50,703 nucleotides of DNA from positions 1 through 50,703 of the forward strand of contig JAAZNV010000005.1 in assembly GCA_012798115.1 (NCBI GenBank), in the 5' to 3' direction. Shown here one piece after another: positions 35,817-47,951 of this stretch. A program made the position numbers and the translations under genes. The notes beneath the pieces were generated by a model. The model was given only the letters and a program-made list of their open reading frames with translations, ran no database searches and had not been told where the DNA came from. This DNA is from a candidate division WWE3 bacterium (GTDB taxonomy: Bacteria; Patescibacteriota; WWE3; UBA101185; UBA10185). Within the stretch, counting starts at the first letter, position 1, and every line of letters starts with the position of its first letter.

Positions 35817-37634
35817 ATGACAACAAAAGAATTAAAAGAAAAATATATTAAATTCTTTCAAAGCAAGGGGCATGCTGTAATACCCTCTGCTTCTCTTATT
35901 CCAGAAAATGATCCTACTGTTCTATTTACTACAGCAGGAATGCAACCTCTTGTTCCATATCTTTTAGGTGAAAAACACCCTTCAGGAAGTAGACTTGTTG
36001 ATGTTCAAAAATGTATGAGAACAGGAGATATTGAAGAAGTTGGAGATAATGTTCACTTAACATTCTTTGAAATGCTAGGCAACTGGTCCCTTGGAGATTA
36101 CTGGAAAAAAGAATCAATTACATGGAGTTTTGAGTTTTTAACAAAGGAATTAAGAATTCCTATAGGTAAGCTAGCTGTGTCTTGTTTTGCAGGAGATGAG
36201 AATGCTTCAAAAGATGTAGAAACTGCAGAAGTTTGGAAATCATTAGGAATACCAGAAGGTAGAATTTACTTTCTCTCAAGAAAAGATAATTGGTGGGGTC
36301 CAGTGGGAAACATTGGTCCTTGTGGGCCTGATACAGAAGTATTTTATTGGACTGGTGAAGACAAACCTTCTGATTTAACAACATCAGACAATAAAGAAGG
36401 ATGGGTTGAAATATGGAATAACGTATTTATGCAGTATGAAAAAACAAGTAGTGGCAAGTATGCTCCTTTGAAACAAAAAAATGTAGATACAGGAATGGGG
36501 GTAGAGAGAACTACAGCAATATTAAATGGAAAAGATAATGTGTTTAATGTTAATGAACTTAATTTAATTACAGATGAAGTTAAGAAGGTATCTACGAAAG
36601 AAGACGAAAGATCTTTAAGAATAGTCGTTGATCATTTAAGGGCGTCTACTTTTATTCTTGGAGATCAAAGATGTATTGCTCCTTCAAACGTGGACCAAGG
36701 ATATGTATTAAGAAGATTAATTAGAAGAGCAATAAGACATGGAAAAATGTTAGGAATAACAAAGCCATTTCTTGTTGGATTATCAAGGATTGTTGTAGAT
36801 GAATATTCCAGTGATTACCCAGAATTAAAAGAAAACCAGAACTTTATAGAAAAATACCTTGGTCTTGAAGAAGAAAAATTTACTAAAACTTTAAATGAAG
36901 GACAAAAAGAATCTTTTAAAAAGATAAAGATGTTACTAGATTTAAATGAAAAGGTAAAAGTATCTGGATTTGATGTGTTAAAGGCAGCAAAAATATCTTT
37001 TGATCTTTATCAATCTAGTGGTTATCCGTTAGAAATGTTTCTAGAAGATTTAAAGGATAAAAAAGGATTAGATAAGGAAACTTCAGATAAGATTTGCAAA
37101 GATGTTGGAAGGTTAATTTCTTCTCATCAAAGTATTTCAAGAGCTGGATCAGAAAAAAGATTTAAAGGAGGTTTATCTGATCAAAGTGATACAAACATTA
37201 AGTATCATACTGCTACTCACTTATTAAATATGGCTTTGAGGAAAGTACTTGGAGATCATGTTAGGCAAATTGGTAGTAATATAACTAAGGAAAGGTTAAG
37301 GTTTGATTTTCCAAATCCAGTAAAGTTAACAGAAGATCAGGTAAAAGAAGTGGAAAAAATTGTTAATGATATTGTAGACAGAAAGATTCCTGTTGGTTGT
37401 ATCATTCTTCCCAAAGAGGAAGCAATCAAGAAGGGTGTTACTTACTTGCAGGGTGAGCAGTACCCAGATCAAGTTAAGGTTTACTTTGTAGGAAATGATT
37501 TAGATTCTGCAGAAAGTAAGGAGCTGTGTGGGGGGCCGCATGTGTCAAATACAAGGGATTTGGATCATATTGAAGTGTTTAAACAAGATAAGATTGGGGA
37601 AGGAAAAATGAGAGTTTATGCTAGATTTAAATAA
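35817..37634 (+). CDS. alaS: alanine--tRNA ligase (short form, no C-Ala domain)
   Basis: DPTVLFTTAGMQ, HLTFFEMLGNWS, DTGMGVER, HTATH, ELCGGPHV; alternative GTG start at 35805. Confidence 0.96.
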   Translation: MTTKELKEKYIKFFQSKGHAVIPSASLIPENDPTVLFTTAGMQPLVPYLLGEKHPSGSRLVDVQKCMRTGDIEEVGDNVHLTFFEMLGNWSLGDYWKKESITWSFEFLTKELRIPIGKLAVSCFAGDENASKDVETAEVWKSLGIPEGRIYFLSRKDNWWGPVGNIGPCGPDTEVFYWTGEDKPSDLTTSDNKEGWVEIWNNVFMQYEKTSSGKYAPLKQKNVDTGMGVERTTAILNGKDNVFNVNELNLITDEVKKVSTKEDERSLRIVVDHLRASTFILGDQRCIAPSNVDQGYVLRRLIRRAIRHGKMLGITKPFLVGLSRIVVDEYSSDYPELKENQNFIEKYLGLEEEKFTKTLNEGQKESFKKIKMLLDLNEKVKVSGFDVLKAAKISFDLYQSSGYPLEMFLEDLKDKKGLDKETSDKICKDVGRLISSHQSISRAGSEKRFKGGLSDQSDTNIKYHTATHLLNMALRKVLGDHVRQIGSNITKERLRFDFPNPVKLTEDQVKEVEKIVNDIVDRKIPVGCIILPKEEAIKKGVTYLQGEQYPDQVKVYFVGNDLDSAESKELCGGPHVSNTRDLDHIEVFKQDKIGEGKMRVYARFK

Positions 37635-37671
37635 GTTTGATAAAAGTTTCTAGATACTAGTATTACACCTC

Positions 37672-37701
37672 TTGACAATCCACCTATTAGACTGCTAATC
37701 T
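37672..37701 (+). promoter_or_regulatory. CIRCE-like operator overlapping the groES promoter
   Basis: TTGACAATC-N9-GACTGCTAA vs consensus TTAGCACTC-N9-GAGTGCTAA; TTGACA -35 and TGcTAATCT -10. Confidence 0.7.
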
Positions 37702-37766
37702 TTTTAGTTAGCTAGGCATATGTAATGTGCCATGTTGTTACTAATTCAATTGGAGGTTAAATTGCT

Positions 37767-38069
37767 ATGATTGCAATAAATAAAATAAAACCATTGTCTG
37801 ATTATTTATTAATTGAACCAACTGAAGGTGAGACAAAGCTACCTTCAGGTATTGTGATTCCAGATACGGCTAAAGAAAAGCCACAAGAAGGTAGAGTTAT
37901 TGCTCATGGTCCAGGGAAGAGAGATGATAGTGGAAATGTTGTTCCAATGGGTGTGAGGGTTGGGGATATTGTAATGTATAAAAAATGGGGGGGAACTGAA
38001 GTTAAAGTAGAAGGTAAAGATTTTCTTTTGGTTAAAGAAGAAGATCTTTTAGCTATTATTGAAGGTTAA
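37767..38069 (+). CDS. groES: co-chaperonin GroES
   Basis: IKPLSD, SGIVIPDTAKEKPQEG. Confidence 0.98.
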   Translation: MIAINKIKPLSDYLLIEPTEGETKLPSGIVIPDTAKEKPQEGRVIAHGPGKRDDSGNVVPMGVRVGDIVMYKKWGGTEVKVEGKDFLLVKEEDLLAIIEG

Positions 38070-38093
38070 TCAAGTTAATTAGGAGGAAATAAA

Positions 38094-39722
<1,629 letters not shown>

Positions 39723-39742
39723 CCAAGGAATAGAATAAAAGA

Positions 39743-39772
39743 AGCCAATACGTATGTAAGAAGGTATTGGCT
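39743..39772. terminator. bidirectional terminator
   Basis: AGCCAATAC...GTATTGGCT. Confidence 0.7.
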
Positions 39773-39785
39773 GTCTTTTTGACCC

Positions 39786-40238
39786 TTATTGTTTAGAGAG
39801 TCTTTCTACTGCCTTGTTAAAGGCATTTGTTGGAAGAAGTGTAACTGGGACATATTGATCAGGGCTTACCCCCGCGTAGCAAGGAACACAAGGAGTATAC
39901 TTTTCATTCCAAATTGAACCTCGATCAACTAGTATGTTCCCGTTGCTCTTTGCTATTCGCATTTGAGTAGTACCCCCACGTCTTTTCTCCGCTGGATAGC
40001 TTTCAACAATCATGAGGCGCTCATTCATATCTGCGAACATTGCCCAAGGAAGTGTAAAAGCTACTTGACCTACAGCTAAATCACTTATTGTGGATTCTTT
40101 CATAGAACTTGGAAGAAAAGAGGTTCCTTCTTCATCTGCCTCTTCGTTCGAAGGCTCACAGTTCTTGCAGAAAAGGGAATTGCGTTCCAAGGGCATTCCT
40201 CCTCCGCAATTAAGGCATGTTCTTCTTTTAGAGCACAT
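39786..40238 (-). CDS. hypothetical protein with N-terminal zinc ribbon
   Basis: CLNC...CKNC; SD AAGGAG; more GC-rich than its neighbours; motif 1 upstream at 40304-40312. Confidence 0.7.
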   Translation of the reverse strand: MCSKRRTCLNCGGGMPLERNSLFCKNCEPSNEEADEEGTSFLPSSMKESTISDLAVGQVAFTLPWAMFADMNERLMIVESYPAEKRRGGTTQMRIAKSNGNILVDRGSIWNEKYTPCVPCYAGVSPDQYVPVTLLPTNAFNKAVERLSKQ

Positions 40239-40329
40239 CTTTCTCTCCTTTAATTTGTTTTCTAGTTTATTACGTCGCTATTATAACATAAGTGCATTTA
40301 GATACTACAAGGTATAAAAATGTAAGTTA

Positions 40330-41196
40330 TTAAAAGTTGCTTTTAAGCAATTTCTTATAGCTTTTCAGTATCCACCTGCTATTATCATTCTTATTAAAAT
40401 GAATAAGTCTATTTGTTATTGTTTCTGTTGTCATTCTTTTCTTCATATAGAAAAGTTGTGAAATCATAGCCATATTTTCTATTAGCTTCATAAATGCACT
40501 TCTCGATGAAGATGATTTGGTAGAAACACCTGAGTAATTTACTTTAAAACTGGGATAATAGTTTCTAATCCATCTATTTTCATAAATGAACTTAAAATAT
40601 GTATCTTCTTTTTCAAAAATGGGTTGCATGGAAATAATGTTTTGAGCTACATACAAGTTTCTTCTTTTCTTAGCCCAAGGTAAATTTGACTCATCAATAA
40701 AAATGTTTGGACATATCTCTCTGTTTTCATGTTCCTTAGGAAGTTTATTTAATAAAGAAAGAGTTAAAAAAACAAACCCTCTTGAAAGCCAAACTCTATC
40801 TTTACTTGTAATAAAAAGAAGATCTATATCTGCCTTTTCTTCTGCATTATAGTTTGCTACAGATCCAGTTACTGCAATCATCTTAATCCACGGAATCCTT
40901 GCAATATATTCCAGTACTTTTTTATTCCTTTTCAATATATTTTCAGCATTTTCTTTTCTTTTAATCCAGTCTATTGGTTCTATTCCATGCAAAATGTATT
41001 TATCATCAACTTTATCTATCAAATCTACTTTGGTTTGTTTCTTTAGTTCCCTTTTGATTTGCTTAACATTTAAACTATCTCTTGATATTAGCATTGATAC
41101 CAACTGGTAATAAGTTAATGGGTACCTGAACACCCCACTGTATGAAAGGGTTTTCTTTATGGCCAATTTACATGGAGTTGTTTTCACTTTACTCAT
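40330..41196 (-). CDS. nucleotidyltransferase-fold protein
   Basis: VTGSVA...ADIDL (GS + DxD), ICPN. Confidence 0.7.
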   Translation of the reverse strand: MSKVKTTPCKLAIKKTLSYSGVFRYPLTYYQLVSMLISRDSLNVKQIKRELKKQTKVDLIDKVDDKYILHGIEPIDWIKRKENAENILKRNKKVLEYIARIPWIKMIAVTGSVANYNAEEKADIDLLFITSKDRVWLSRGFVFLTLSLLNKLPKEHENREICPNIFIDESNLPWAKKRRNLYVAQNIISMQPIFEKEDTYFKFIYENRWIRNYYPSFKVNYSGVSTKSSSSRSAFMKLIENMAMISQLFYMKKRMTTETITNRLIHFNKNDNSRWILKSYKKLLKSNF

Positions 41197-41256
41197 TTCT
41201 AAATTTCCCTAAATTTTCTTTAAATTTAATTTCCTTAAACTGATAGTTAAGTAAAA

Positions 41257-41655
41257 CTAAATAGAATCAAGTACCTCATTTACTACTTTGTCAGCAAGGT
41301 AATTTTTTGATCTTGGAATGTGATGATATAAAACTTCTTTGAAACTCTTTTCTAGTTCCTTTACCTCACTCCAGAATACTTTTATCTTCTCATCTTTAAC
41401 TTTAAAAATACCGTTTAACTGATTCACTACAAGAAGGCTATCTAAAAAACACTCTAGTTCTTTTGCTCCTTTTTCTTTGCATTCCTTTAATCCTTCAATA
41501 ATTGCTCTGTATTCAGCTTCATTATTTGTTGATCTACCAATAAATTTTCCTATCTCTTTTATCACTTTCCCTTCATGGTTTTTAATTATTACTCCAATAG
41601 CTCCTGGTCCAGGATTACCTCTAGCACCCCCATCTGTATACAGAATAAGTTTCAT
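41257..41655 (-). CDS. rnhA: ribonuclease HI family protein
   Basis: YTDGGARGNPG, TNNEAEY, DSLLVVNQ, PRSKNYLAD. Confidence 0.92.
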   Translation of the reverse strand: MKLILYTDGGARGNPGPGAIGVIIKNHEGKVIKEIGKFIGRSTNNEAEYRAIIEGLKECKEKGAKELECFLDSLLVVNQLNGIFKVKDEKIKVFWSEVKELEKSFKEVLYHHIPRSKNYLADKVVNEVLDSI

Positions 41656-41665
41656 AATATTGGCT

Positions 41666-42271
41666 TTAGTCTTTTAGATACTCTTTTATGCAAACAAAAA
41701 GTAAGTAAAGAGTTGATGAAATTAATAATCCACAAAATCCGAACAATAACATAGATCTGTAGCTTTGTTTTATAACAGGTTTGCCGGATACTTTTACAAC
41801 CATGAGGTTTGAGTCCCCACCTTTATTTATTTCATATGTTGTGTCAAGAAGAGTTTCAGATAGCTTATTCCACATGTCTTCAGCCATGTTTATGCTATTT
41901 GCCTTTACGGTAATGGATATAACTTGAGGTCCTGTTTTTCTAACCTTTATCATTTTAGATATTCTTCTTAAACTTTCTTCATCTACTTCCATCCCTAACT
42001 TCTCAATAACAACTTTTTTTAAATCTATACTTTCAGCAAGAGCCATTACAGAATTAGTATAAGACAAGGCAGTTTGTTGCCCGTAGTATCCTTCATAGGT
42101 AAAAAAACTTCTTTCACTGCTTATACTTCTTTTAACATAGAAAGATCCAGAAGAAATGTATTTTGGAGGTAGAAAGCATATCCCCAACCCTAATGCACCT
42201 CCTAAAATGGAAAAGATTATGAACTGAATTTTGTATTTCTTCAATTTTTTAATAATTTCTTTTGCTTCCAT
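41666..42271 (-). CDS. Wzz/CpsC-like polysaccharide co-polymerase
   Basis: N- and C-terminal TM helices, PKYISS motif after TM1. Confidence 0.65.
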   Translation of the reverse strand: MEAKEIIKKLKKYKIQFIIFSILGGALGLGICFLPPKYISSGSFYVKRSISSERSFFTYEGYYGQQTALSYTNSVMALAESIDLKKVVIEKLGMEVDEESLRRISKMIKVRKTGPQVISITVKANSINMAEDMWNKLSETLLDTTYEINKGGDSNLMVVKVSGKPVIKQSYRSMLLFGFCGLLISSTLYLLFVCIKEYLKD

Positions 42272-42348
42272 ACTAACAATCTAATTATACCAGTAAATTA
42301 TTGTATTTTAGTACATGTCTTCTATATAATTTAGTTGAAATAATAGCG

Positions 42349-42371
42349 AATTTATATACTGTATATAAATT
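42349..42371. promoter_or_regulatory. perfect palindrome in a divergent intergenic region
   Basis: AATTTATATAC-T-GTATATAAATT. Confidence 0.4.
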
Positions 42372-42386
42372 AAATTTGCTGCCCAA

Positions 42387-45300
42387 ATGCCAAAGAAACA
42401 AGTAATAACAAAATCTGCTCTAATACCAACAGTGTTAATTTCTGGTGGAGCTGGGTTTGTTGGATCTCATCTTGCTGAATCTTTATTAGAAAACAAGGCA
42501 AGGGTGGTTGTTCTTGATAACTTTAAAACAGGGAAGGAAATACATGTAAAGCATTTATTAAAAGACCCAAACTTTGCACTTTATGATGTTGACATAAACG
42601 AAGGAATCCCATCTGATATTGAGAGTGTTGATTATATATTTCATCTTGCAGGACTGGAAGAATACTTGTATAGCAAAGAGTTTATTAATCTTGAAGCTTT
42701 ATTTACCAATTCATTAGGGACTAAAAATCTGCTTGATTTAGCAAGAAGATCAAATGGCAGGTTTCTTTTAGCATCTACAATTGATGTGTATCAAGGGAGA
42801 ATGTCTCAACTTGATCTTAGTGAGTACTTTGGATCAACTAAAAAAGAAGAAAACAAGTTTAGCCTCATTGAAGCAAAAAGATTTGCTGAAGCAGTAGTAT
42901 GGGAATATTTTAAAAAGTATGATTTGGATGTGAGAATAGTAAGACTTTCAGAAGTGTACGGTCCAAGAATGGATTTATCATCCAGTGGGTTTTTAGGCAG
43001 CTTTCTTAAAAACATTATTAATGGGTCTTCAATTGAAATATATGGAGAAGGAACTGATGAAGAGTATTACTTGTATATTTCTGATGTAATCTCAGGATTA
43101 ATAAAAGCCCAATTTAATCCAAAAACAAAAGGTAATATTTATTCCCTTGCACCCAATGACCCAATATCTGCCCTTGAGACTGCTTATTTAGTAAAAAGTA
43201 TGGCTGATGCAACACTTTCTGTTCAATTCAAGCAAAGTTTATCTACCTTTAAGAATAAAGTTTCATCTCCTGATATGTTTAACATTAAGGATTTAAATTG
43301 GAAGCCTAAAGTTGGATTAAAGGAAGGGATTTCTAAAACACTTGATTCATTTGGATACAAAATAAACACAAATACATTTAAACCTAATAAGTTAGTTGAA
43401 GAAAAGATCAACGATCAAAGGGCACCAGTAGAAAAGTTAATATCTCTTAAAGGATTAAAACCTGAAGTTGAATTTTCTTTTACTGATAAATCTAAAGTTG
43501 AAGTTACTAAGAAGAAGGAAAGGAAGGAAGGAGAAAAACAAAAGAGAATTGAGAAACCTTTGTATATTTTTAAGAAAGCTAAAGGTACTGCTTCAAAATT
43601 TGAAGGTGCTTTGTCAAGCATGAAAGGGAGTGTTAGAGATTTTAAATACCGGGTAAAATCAGATGTTAGTGCAAGTACCAGTATACTTGCAGTGATCTTA
43701 GCTGCTTTGTTAGTTTTTATTGGACTTCCTGTCGTTGGAACGTATGTAAGTGCAACAAAAGGGGTTTCTCTTTTATCTAAGGTTCAAGATTCAGTGCTTA
43801 GCTTGGATGCTAACAACTTAAATAAAGATACACTTAAGGCCTATAACAGCTTCAAAAGTGCAAGGTCTTCTCTTAGAAGAACTAGATGGTTGTTTAAGTT
43901 AGTTGGAAAGGGAGAAGAATATATATCTTATGATAAACTTCTCGGGTCGTTAGTTTATTTTTCCAAAGCTAGCAATTATGCTTCAAATGCGTTTTCGCCA
44001 CTGGGGTTAGTGTTTGAAACATTAAAACCTCAAAGTACCGGAAACCTTGATGTGGAATCATTTAGTCAAGCTAAGCTTAGTCTATCAAATGCTGAAGAGT
44101 TCTTAAGATTAGCTGAAGCAGAAACATCTGGTGTTAATGAAAGCCTTCTCCCTGAAGGCATAAGAGAAAAAACATTGGAATATGAAAACAAACTTTCCAA
44201 GGTACAAAAGTATATGAATTACATGTCTATAGTTGTATCTGATCTCCCGTCTATTCTTGGTTCAAACGGTGAAAGGAAGTATATATTTTGGTTTCAAAAC
44301 AATAATGAAATTAGACCCACTGGTGGTTTCATTGGTTCTTATGGTGTTTTAACTTTAGATAAGGGAAAAGTAAAAGATCTTGCAATTGATGACATTTACA
44401 ACCCTGATGGCCAAATAGATACTAGAAATATAGAAGTAGTTCCACCAGAACAAATCACTAAGTTTTTGAATGAAGATAAGTTGTATTTAAGAAATTCAAA
44501 CTGGAATCCCGACTTTTCTAAATCAGTAAAAGCATTTGATGATCTTTATTTTAAGGTGACGGGGGATACCATTAGTGGATATGTTGCTCTAGATCTAGAG
44601 TTTGTTAAAGGTTTGTTGAAGGTAACTGGTCCAATATATCTTGCTCAATATAATGAAAATATAGGTGCAGATAACCTTGCTGAAAGGGCTCAATATTACA
44701 GTGGTTTTGATTATCAAGAAGGTTCTACAGATAAGAGATCATTCTTAACTGTACTTGGGAGCAAACTTCTAGAAAGAATATTTTCTTTAGAAAAGAAAGA
44801 TCTTCCTAGGGTACTTAGTGAAGTGCAAAAGTCGTTCAACCAAAGACATATTTCTATGTTTTTTTCAAACAGTCAAGTTAACTCAATTCTAAAAGAAAAA
44901 AAGTATGATGGTGGTTTAGTTGATACTGATCAAGATTACTTGTATATAGTTAACTCAAATTTGGGGGGAACAAAAGCTAACTATTATGTTAAGAATAAGA
45001 TGACTTATGAAATAAACTCAATGACAAGGGATGGGCTTCTTAGAGCTAATCTTTATCTTGATTATGACAATACTGCAGATAGTAATGCATGGCCTGGAGG
45101 TCCTTATACAAATTATGTTAGGGTTTTGAGTCAAGCTGGATCAAAGTTAACGGGAGCAAAGATCCTTTTAAATGGAAGTGAAGAAACAGACATATTTAAA
45201 GATGTTGTGATAGCAAAAGAAGGAAAGTATGAGTCATTTGAAACAAGCTTTAAGATAAATCCCAAAGAAACAGTAAGAATAGTTTTTAGCTATGATCTTC

Positions 45301-45515
45301 CTGTAGGTCTTTCTATTACTAAAGAACAAAAGAAGTATAGTCTTTTGTGGCAGAAACAACCAGGAACAGTTGAAGACGAGTTTTTCTTCATGTTCAACCC
45401 TCCTTTTGGTACCACAATTGAAGCAAAAAGCGATATTTTAACTCTTGTGGGAGAATCCGTGAAGGTAAATGGGATAATGGAAAAGGATTTGAACCTTTAT
45501 TTATTACTAAAATAA
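42387..45515 (+). CDS. NAD-dependent epimerase/dehydratase fused via a TM helix to a DUF4012 domain
   Basis: GGAGFVGSHL, YGPR; TM about aa 430-455; FQNNNEIRPTGGFIGSYG, RNSNWNPDF. Confidence 0.88.
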   Translation: MPKKQVITKSALIPTVLISGGAGFVGSHLAESLLENKARVVVLDNFKTGKEIHVKHLLKDPNFALYDVDINEGIPSDIESVDYIFHLAGLEEYLYSKEFINLEALFTNSLGTKNLLDLARRSNGRFLLASTIDVYQGRMSQLDLSEYFGSTKKEENKFSLIEAKRFAEAVVWEYFKKYDLDVRIVRLSEVYGPRMDLSSSGFLGSFLKNIINGSSIEIYGEGTDEEYYLYISDVISGLIKAQFNPKTKGNIYSLAPNDPISALETAYLVKSMADATLSVQFKQSLSTFKNKVSSPDMFNIKDLNWKPKVGLKEGISKTLDSFGYKINTNTFKPNKLVEEKINDQRAPVEKLISLKGLKPEVEFSFTDKSKVEVTKKKERKEGEKQKRIEKPLYIFKKAKGTASKFEGALSSMKGSVRDFKYRVKSDVSASTSILAVILAALLVFIGLPVVGTYVSATKGVSLLSKVQDSVLSLDANNLNKDTLKAYNSFKSARSSLRRTRWLFKLVGKGEEYISYDKLLGSLVYFSKASNYASNAFSPLGLVFETLKPQSTGNLDVESFSQAKLSLSNAEEFLRLAEAETSGVNESLLPEGIREKTLEYENKLSKVQKYMNYMSIVVSDLPSILGSNGERKYIFWFQNNNEIRPTGGFIGSYGVLTLDKGKVKDLAIDDIYNPDGQIDTRNIEVVPPEQITKFLNEDKLYLRNSNWNPDFSKSVKAFDDLYFKVTGDTISGYVALDLEFVKGLLKVTGPIYLAQYNENIGADNLAERAQYYSGFDYQEGSTDKRSFLTVLGSKLLERIFSLEKKDLPRVLSEVQKSFNQRHISMFFSNSQVNSILKEKKYDGGLVDTDQDYLYIVNSNLGGTKANYYVKNKMTYEINSMTRDGLLRANLYLDYDNTADSNAWPGGPYTNYVRVLSQAGSKLTGAKILLNGSEETDIFKDVVIAKEGKYESFETSFKINPKETVRIVFSYDLPVGLSITKEQKKYSLLWQKQPGTVEDEFFFMFNPPFGTTIEAKSDILTLVGESVKVNGIMEKDLNLYLLLK

Positions 45516-45590
45516 CATAAGTGTTTATTTTAATAATCTAATCTTTGTTTTATCTTGCCGAATTAAGCTTTCAGCCATATAATCTAAATA

Positions 45591-47234
45591 ATGCCCTTAG
45601 CTGATTTACCTCAGACAAATAGACAACATCCTGTTCCACAGAACATCATGGATGTGGAGTTTAAGCTTATTGGTGACTTAACAATGAGACAATTTGCGTA
45701 TCTCTTGGTTTTTGGATTATCTGCTTATATTTCTTACCTTGTTATAATAGGGATCTTTAAGTGGCCTATTGTTATTACCCTAGCACTTTTAGGAATTGGT
45801 CTTGCTTTTGTTCCTATTGAAGAGAGAGGCTTAGATGAATGGATTGTTAACTTTGTTAAAGCAATAAACTCTCCAACTCAAAGAGTATGGAAAAAAGAAC
45901 CTCAAATACCTTCTGCGTTTCTTTACGACAATATTGCAGTAGTTAAACAAGAAATGATAACTCTTGCTCCAACTTCAAGTAGAAGGAAGCTTGAAGAGTA
46001 TTTAAAGTATCAAAAGGATATGGATAAGGAAGATGTCTTGGATATTCCGGAAAAAGAATATGTTTTAAAAGTTAGAAAAGCTTATCCTTCTTTTTCTTTA
46101 TCTCAGTCTGATTTAACACCTCTTACTTCAGTTATTGAATCAAACATGTCTAGTGTTGGAGTTGTTGTAGATGAGCCACTAGTTGAATCTCCAGAAGTTA
46201 AGGAAGATTTTAACCAACCAAAAGTTGAAAAAGAAGAAGAAAAAATCTCTAAGGAATCTGAATCAGAAATGCAAAAAGGTAAAAGTATATTTGCTAAGCC
46301 TATGTCTGCACTTGTTTCTGAAAGCAAGGGAAGTGGGAGGATTTCTAGTACTTTGAATGTTAAAAGAAGTATTCAAAGGGCTAAGCAATTTGTTATGCCT
46401 GACGCTATTAGTGCCAAGGAAGAGGATTTAAGTTATAAACCAATCACGCCTGACATGCATTCAGGGAGAAAGTTTGTAAATTTAGTCCCATCTGAAGTTG
46501 AATTAATTCTTCCTATTAGAGGAGAAAGGGTAATAAAAACATCCGAAGAAATTGAAAATGAGGAAGATTTAAGAGAAAAAACTGCTCAACTTAAGGATTT
46601 GCTTTCAAAGATAAGAGAAGAAGAAGGGTTGTCTAATATTGCATCTGTAGAAATATCTGAAGCTGGGGTTAAAAGTCAAGCTAGTGGTGTTGTTGAGAAA
46701 TTAAAACAACAAAATGAAGAATTAAGCAAGGAGATGGAAAGACTTCAAAATCAAATAAATAGAAGTAAGTCTATGTCTCTTGAGACTGAGGCTCAAGAAC
46801 AATTGCTAGAAAAGCTTGAATCTCAAAAGGAAAAGATAGCAGCAAGTTACACTGAACTTAGGAAACAAGTTCAAGATCTTCAGAAGAAGCTTGAAGAAAA
46901 AACAAATGTATCCACTGGACCTGAATATTTAGCTAAGATGCAAGGACAAGTTCCTGTCATGACTGATAAACCAAACGTAGTTACAGGAGTGGTAAAAGGT
47001 CCAGACGGAAAGTTTTTAGGGGATATTTTATTAATAGTTAAAAATTCTAGGGGTGAAGCAGTAAGAGCCTTTAAAACAAACTCTCTTGGTCAGTTTATTG
47101 TTACAACGCCACTACAAAATGGTACGTACACCGTTGAAGTAAGTTCAGCTAATAAAACAACGTTTACCTTTGATATAATTCCTATAGAAGTTAAGGGGGA
47201 AATAATTCCACCATTGGAAATTTCTGGAAGGTAG
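45591..47234 (+). CDS. PrgI-family membrane protein with coiled coil and C-terminal beta-sandwich
   Basis: QHPVPQNI..VEFKLIGDLTMRQF, 2 TM, ERGLDEW; VRAFKTNSLGQF. Confidence 0.8.
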   Translation: MPLADLPQTNRQHPVPQNIMDVEFKLIGDLTMRQFAYLLVFGLSAYISYLVIIGIFKWPIVITLALLGIGLAFVPIEERGLDEWIVNFVKAINSPTQRVWKKEPQIPSAFLYDNIAVVKQEMITLAPTSSRRKLEEYLKYQKDMDKEDVLDIPEKEYVLKVRKAYPSFSLSQSDLTPLTSVIESNMSSVGVVVDEPLVESPEVKEDFNQPKVEKEEEKISKESESEMQKGKSIFAKPMSALVSESKGSGRISSTLNVKRSIQRAKQFVMPDAISAKEEDLSYKPITPDMHSGRKFVNLVPSEVELILPIRGERVIKTSEEIENEEDLREKTAQLKDLLSKIREEEGLSNIASVEISEAGVKSQASGVVEKLKQQNEELSKEMERLQNQINRSKSMSLETEAQEQLLEKLESQKEKIAASYTELRKQVQDLQKKLEEKTNVSTGPEYLAKMQGQVPVMTDKPNVVTGVVKGPDGKFLGDILLIVKNSRGEAVRAFKTNSLGQFIVTTPLQNGTYTVEVSSANKTTFTFDIIPIEVKGEIIPPLEISGR

Positions 47235-47247
47235 AGAAATAAATAAA

Positions 47248-47949
47248 ATGACTGCTCAAAATAAATCTACAACTCAAGATCATTTAGATATCTTAGATAT
47301 TAAAGATAACTTTGTAATCCTTAAAGATGGAACTGTTTGTGCAGTGATTCAAACAACTGCTGTGAATTTTGATCTTCTTTCTGAAATTGAGCAAGATGCT
47401 ATTATTGCTGCTTTTTCTATGTTATTAAATTCAATTACATTTCCTATTCAGATTGTTATTAGATCAAGAAAGCTAGATATCTCAAAGTATGTGGATAAAG
47501 TTAGGAAAATTGAAACAAAAATAACAGACCCTCTTCTTAAGCATCAAGCTGAAGCATATAGAAAGTTTGTACAAGAAGTTATTAAAGTAAATGAGGTGTT
47601 AGACAAAAAGTTTTATGTTGTTGTTTCTTCAGGTCCATCTAAGGTGGGGCAAGAAGGAGCAGGGGCTTTTGATTGGTTTATGAAATTACTAGGAGCGCAA
47701 AACAAGAGGGTTAGTGTTAATGAAGAAAAAGTGTTAAGGGATGGTATGGTAGATTTATCTCCAAAGGTTGATCATGTAATCAAGGAGTTTAATAGAATAG
47801 GAATAAAAACTAAACAACTTTCCACTCAAGAGCTAGTAGAGCTGTACTTTGATATTTATAATCCAAGCACTGCACATGGGCAAAGAATTAGAACTAATGT
47901 AGATGATTATAAAACAGCAATAGTTAACCCTGCAATTATTGAGGAATAA
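47248..47949 (+). CDS. VirB4-associated (TraC N-terminal-like) protein
   Basis: STTQDHL, VNFDLLSEIEQDAII..F...LNSI.FPIQI; lies between prgI-like and virB4-like genes. Confidence 0.65.
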   Translation: MTAQNKSTTQDHLDILDIKDNFVILKDGTVCAVIQTTAVNFDLLSEIEQDAIIAAFSMLLNSITFPIQIVIRSRKLDISKYVDKVRKIETKITDPLLKHQAEAYRKFVQEVIKVNEVLDKKFYVVVSSGPSKVGQEGAGAFDWFMKLLGAQNKRVSVNEEKVLRDGMVDLSPKVDHVIKEFNRIGIKTKQLSTQELVELYFDIYNPSTAHGQRIRTNVDDYKTAIVNPAIIEE

Positions 47950-47951
47950 CC

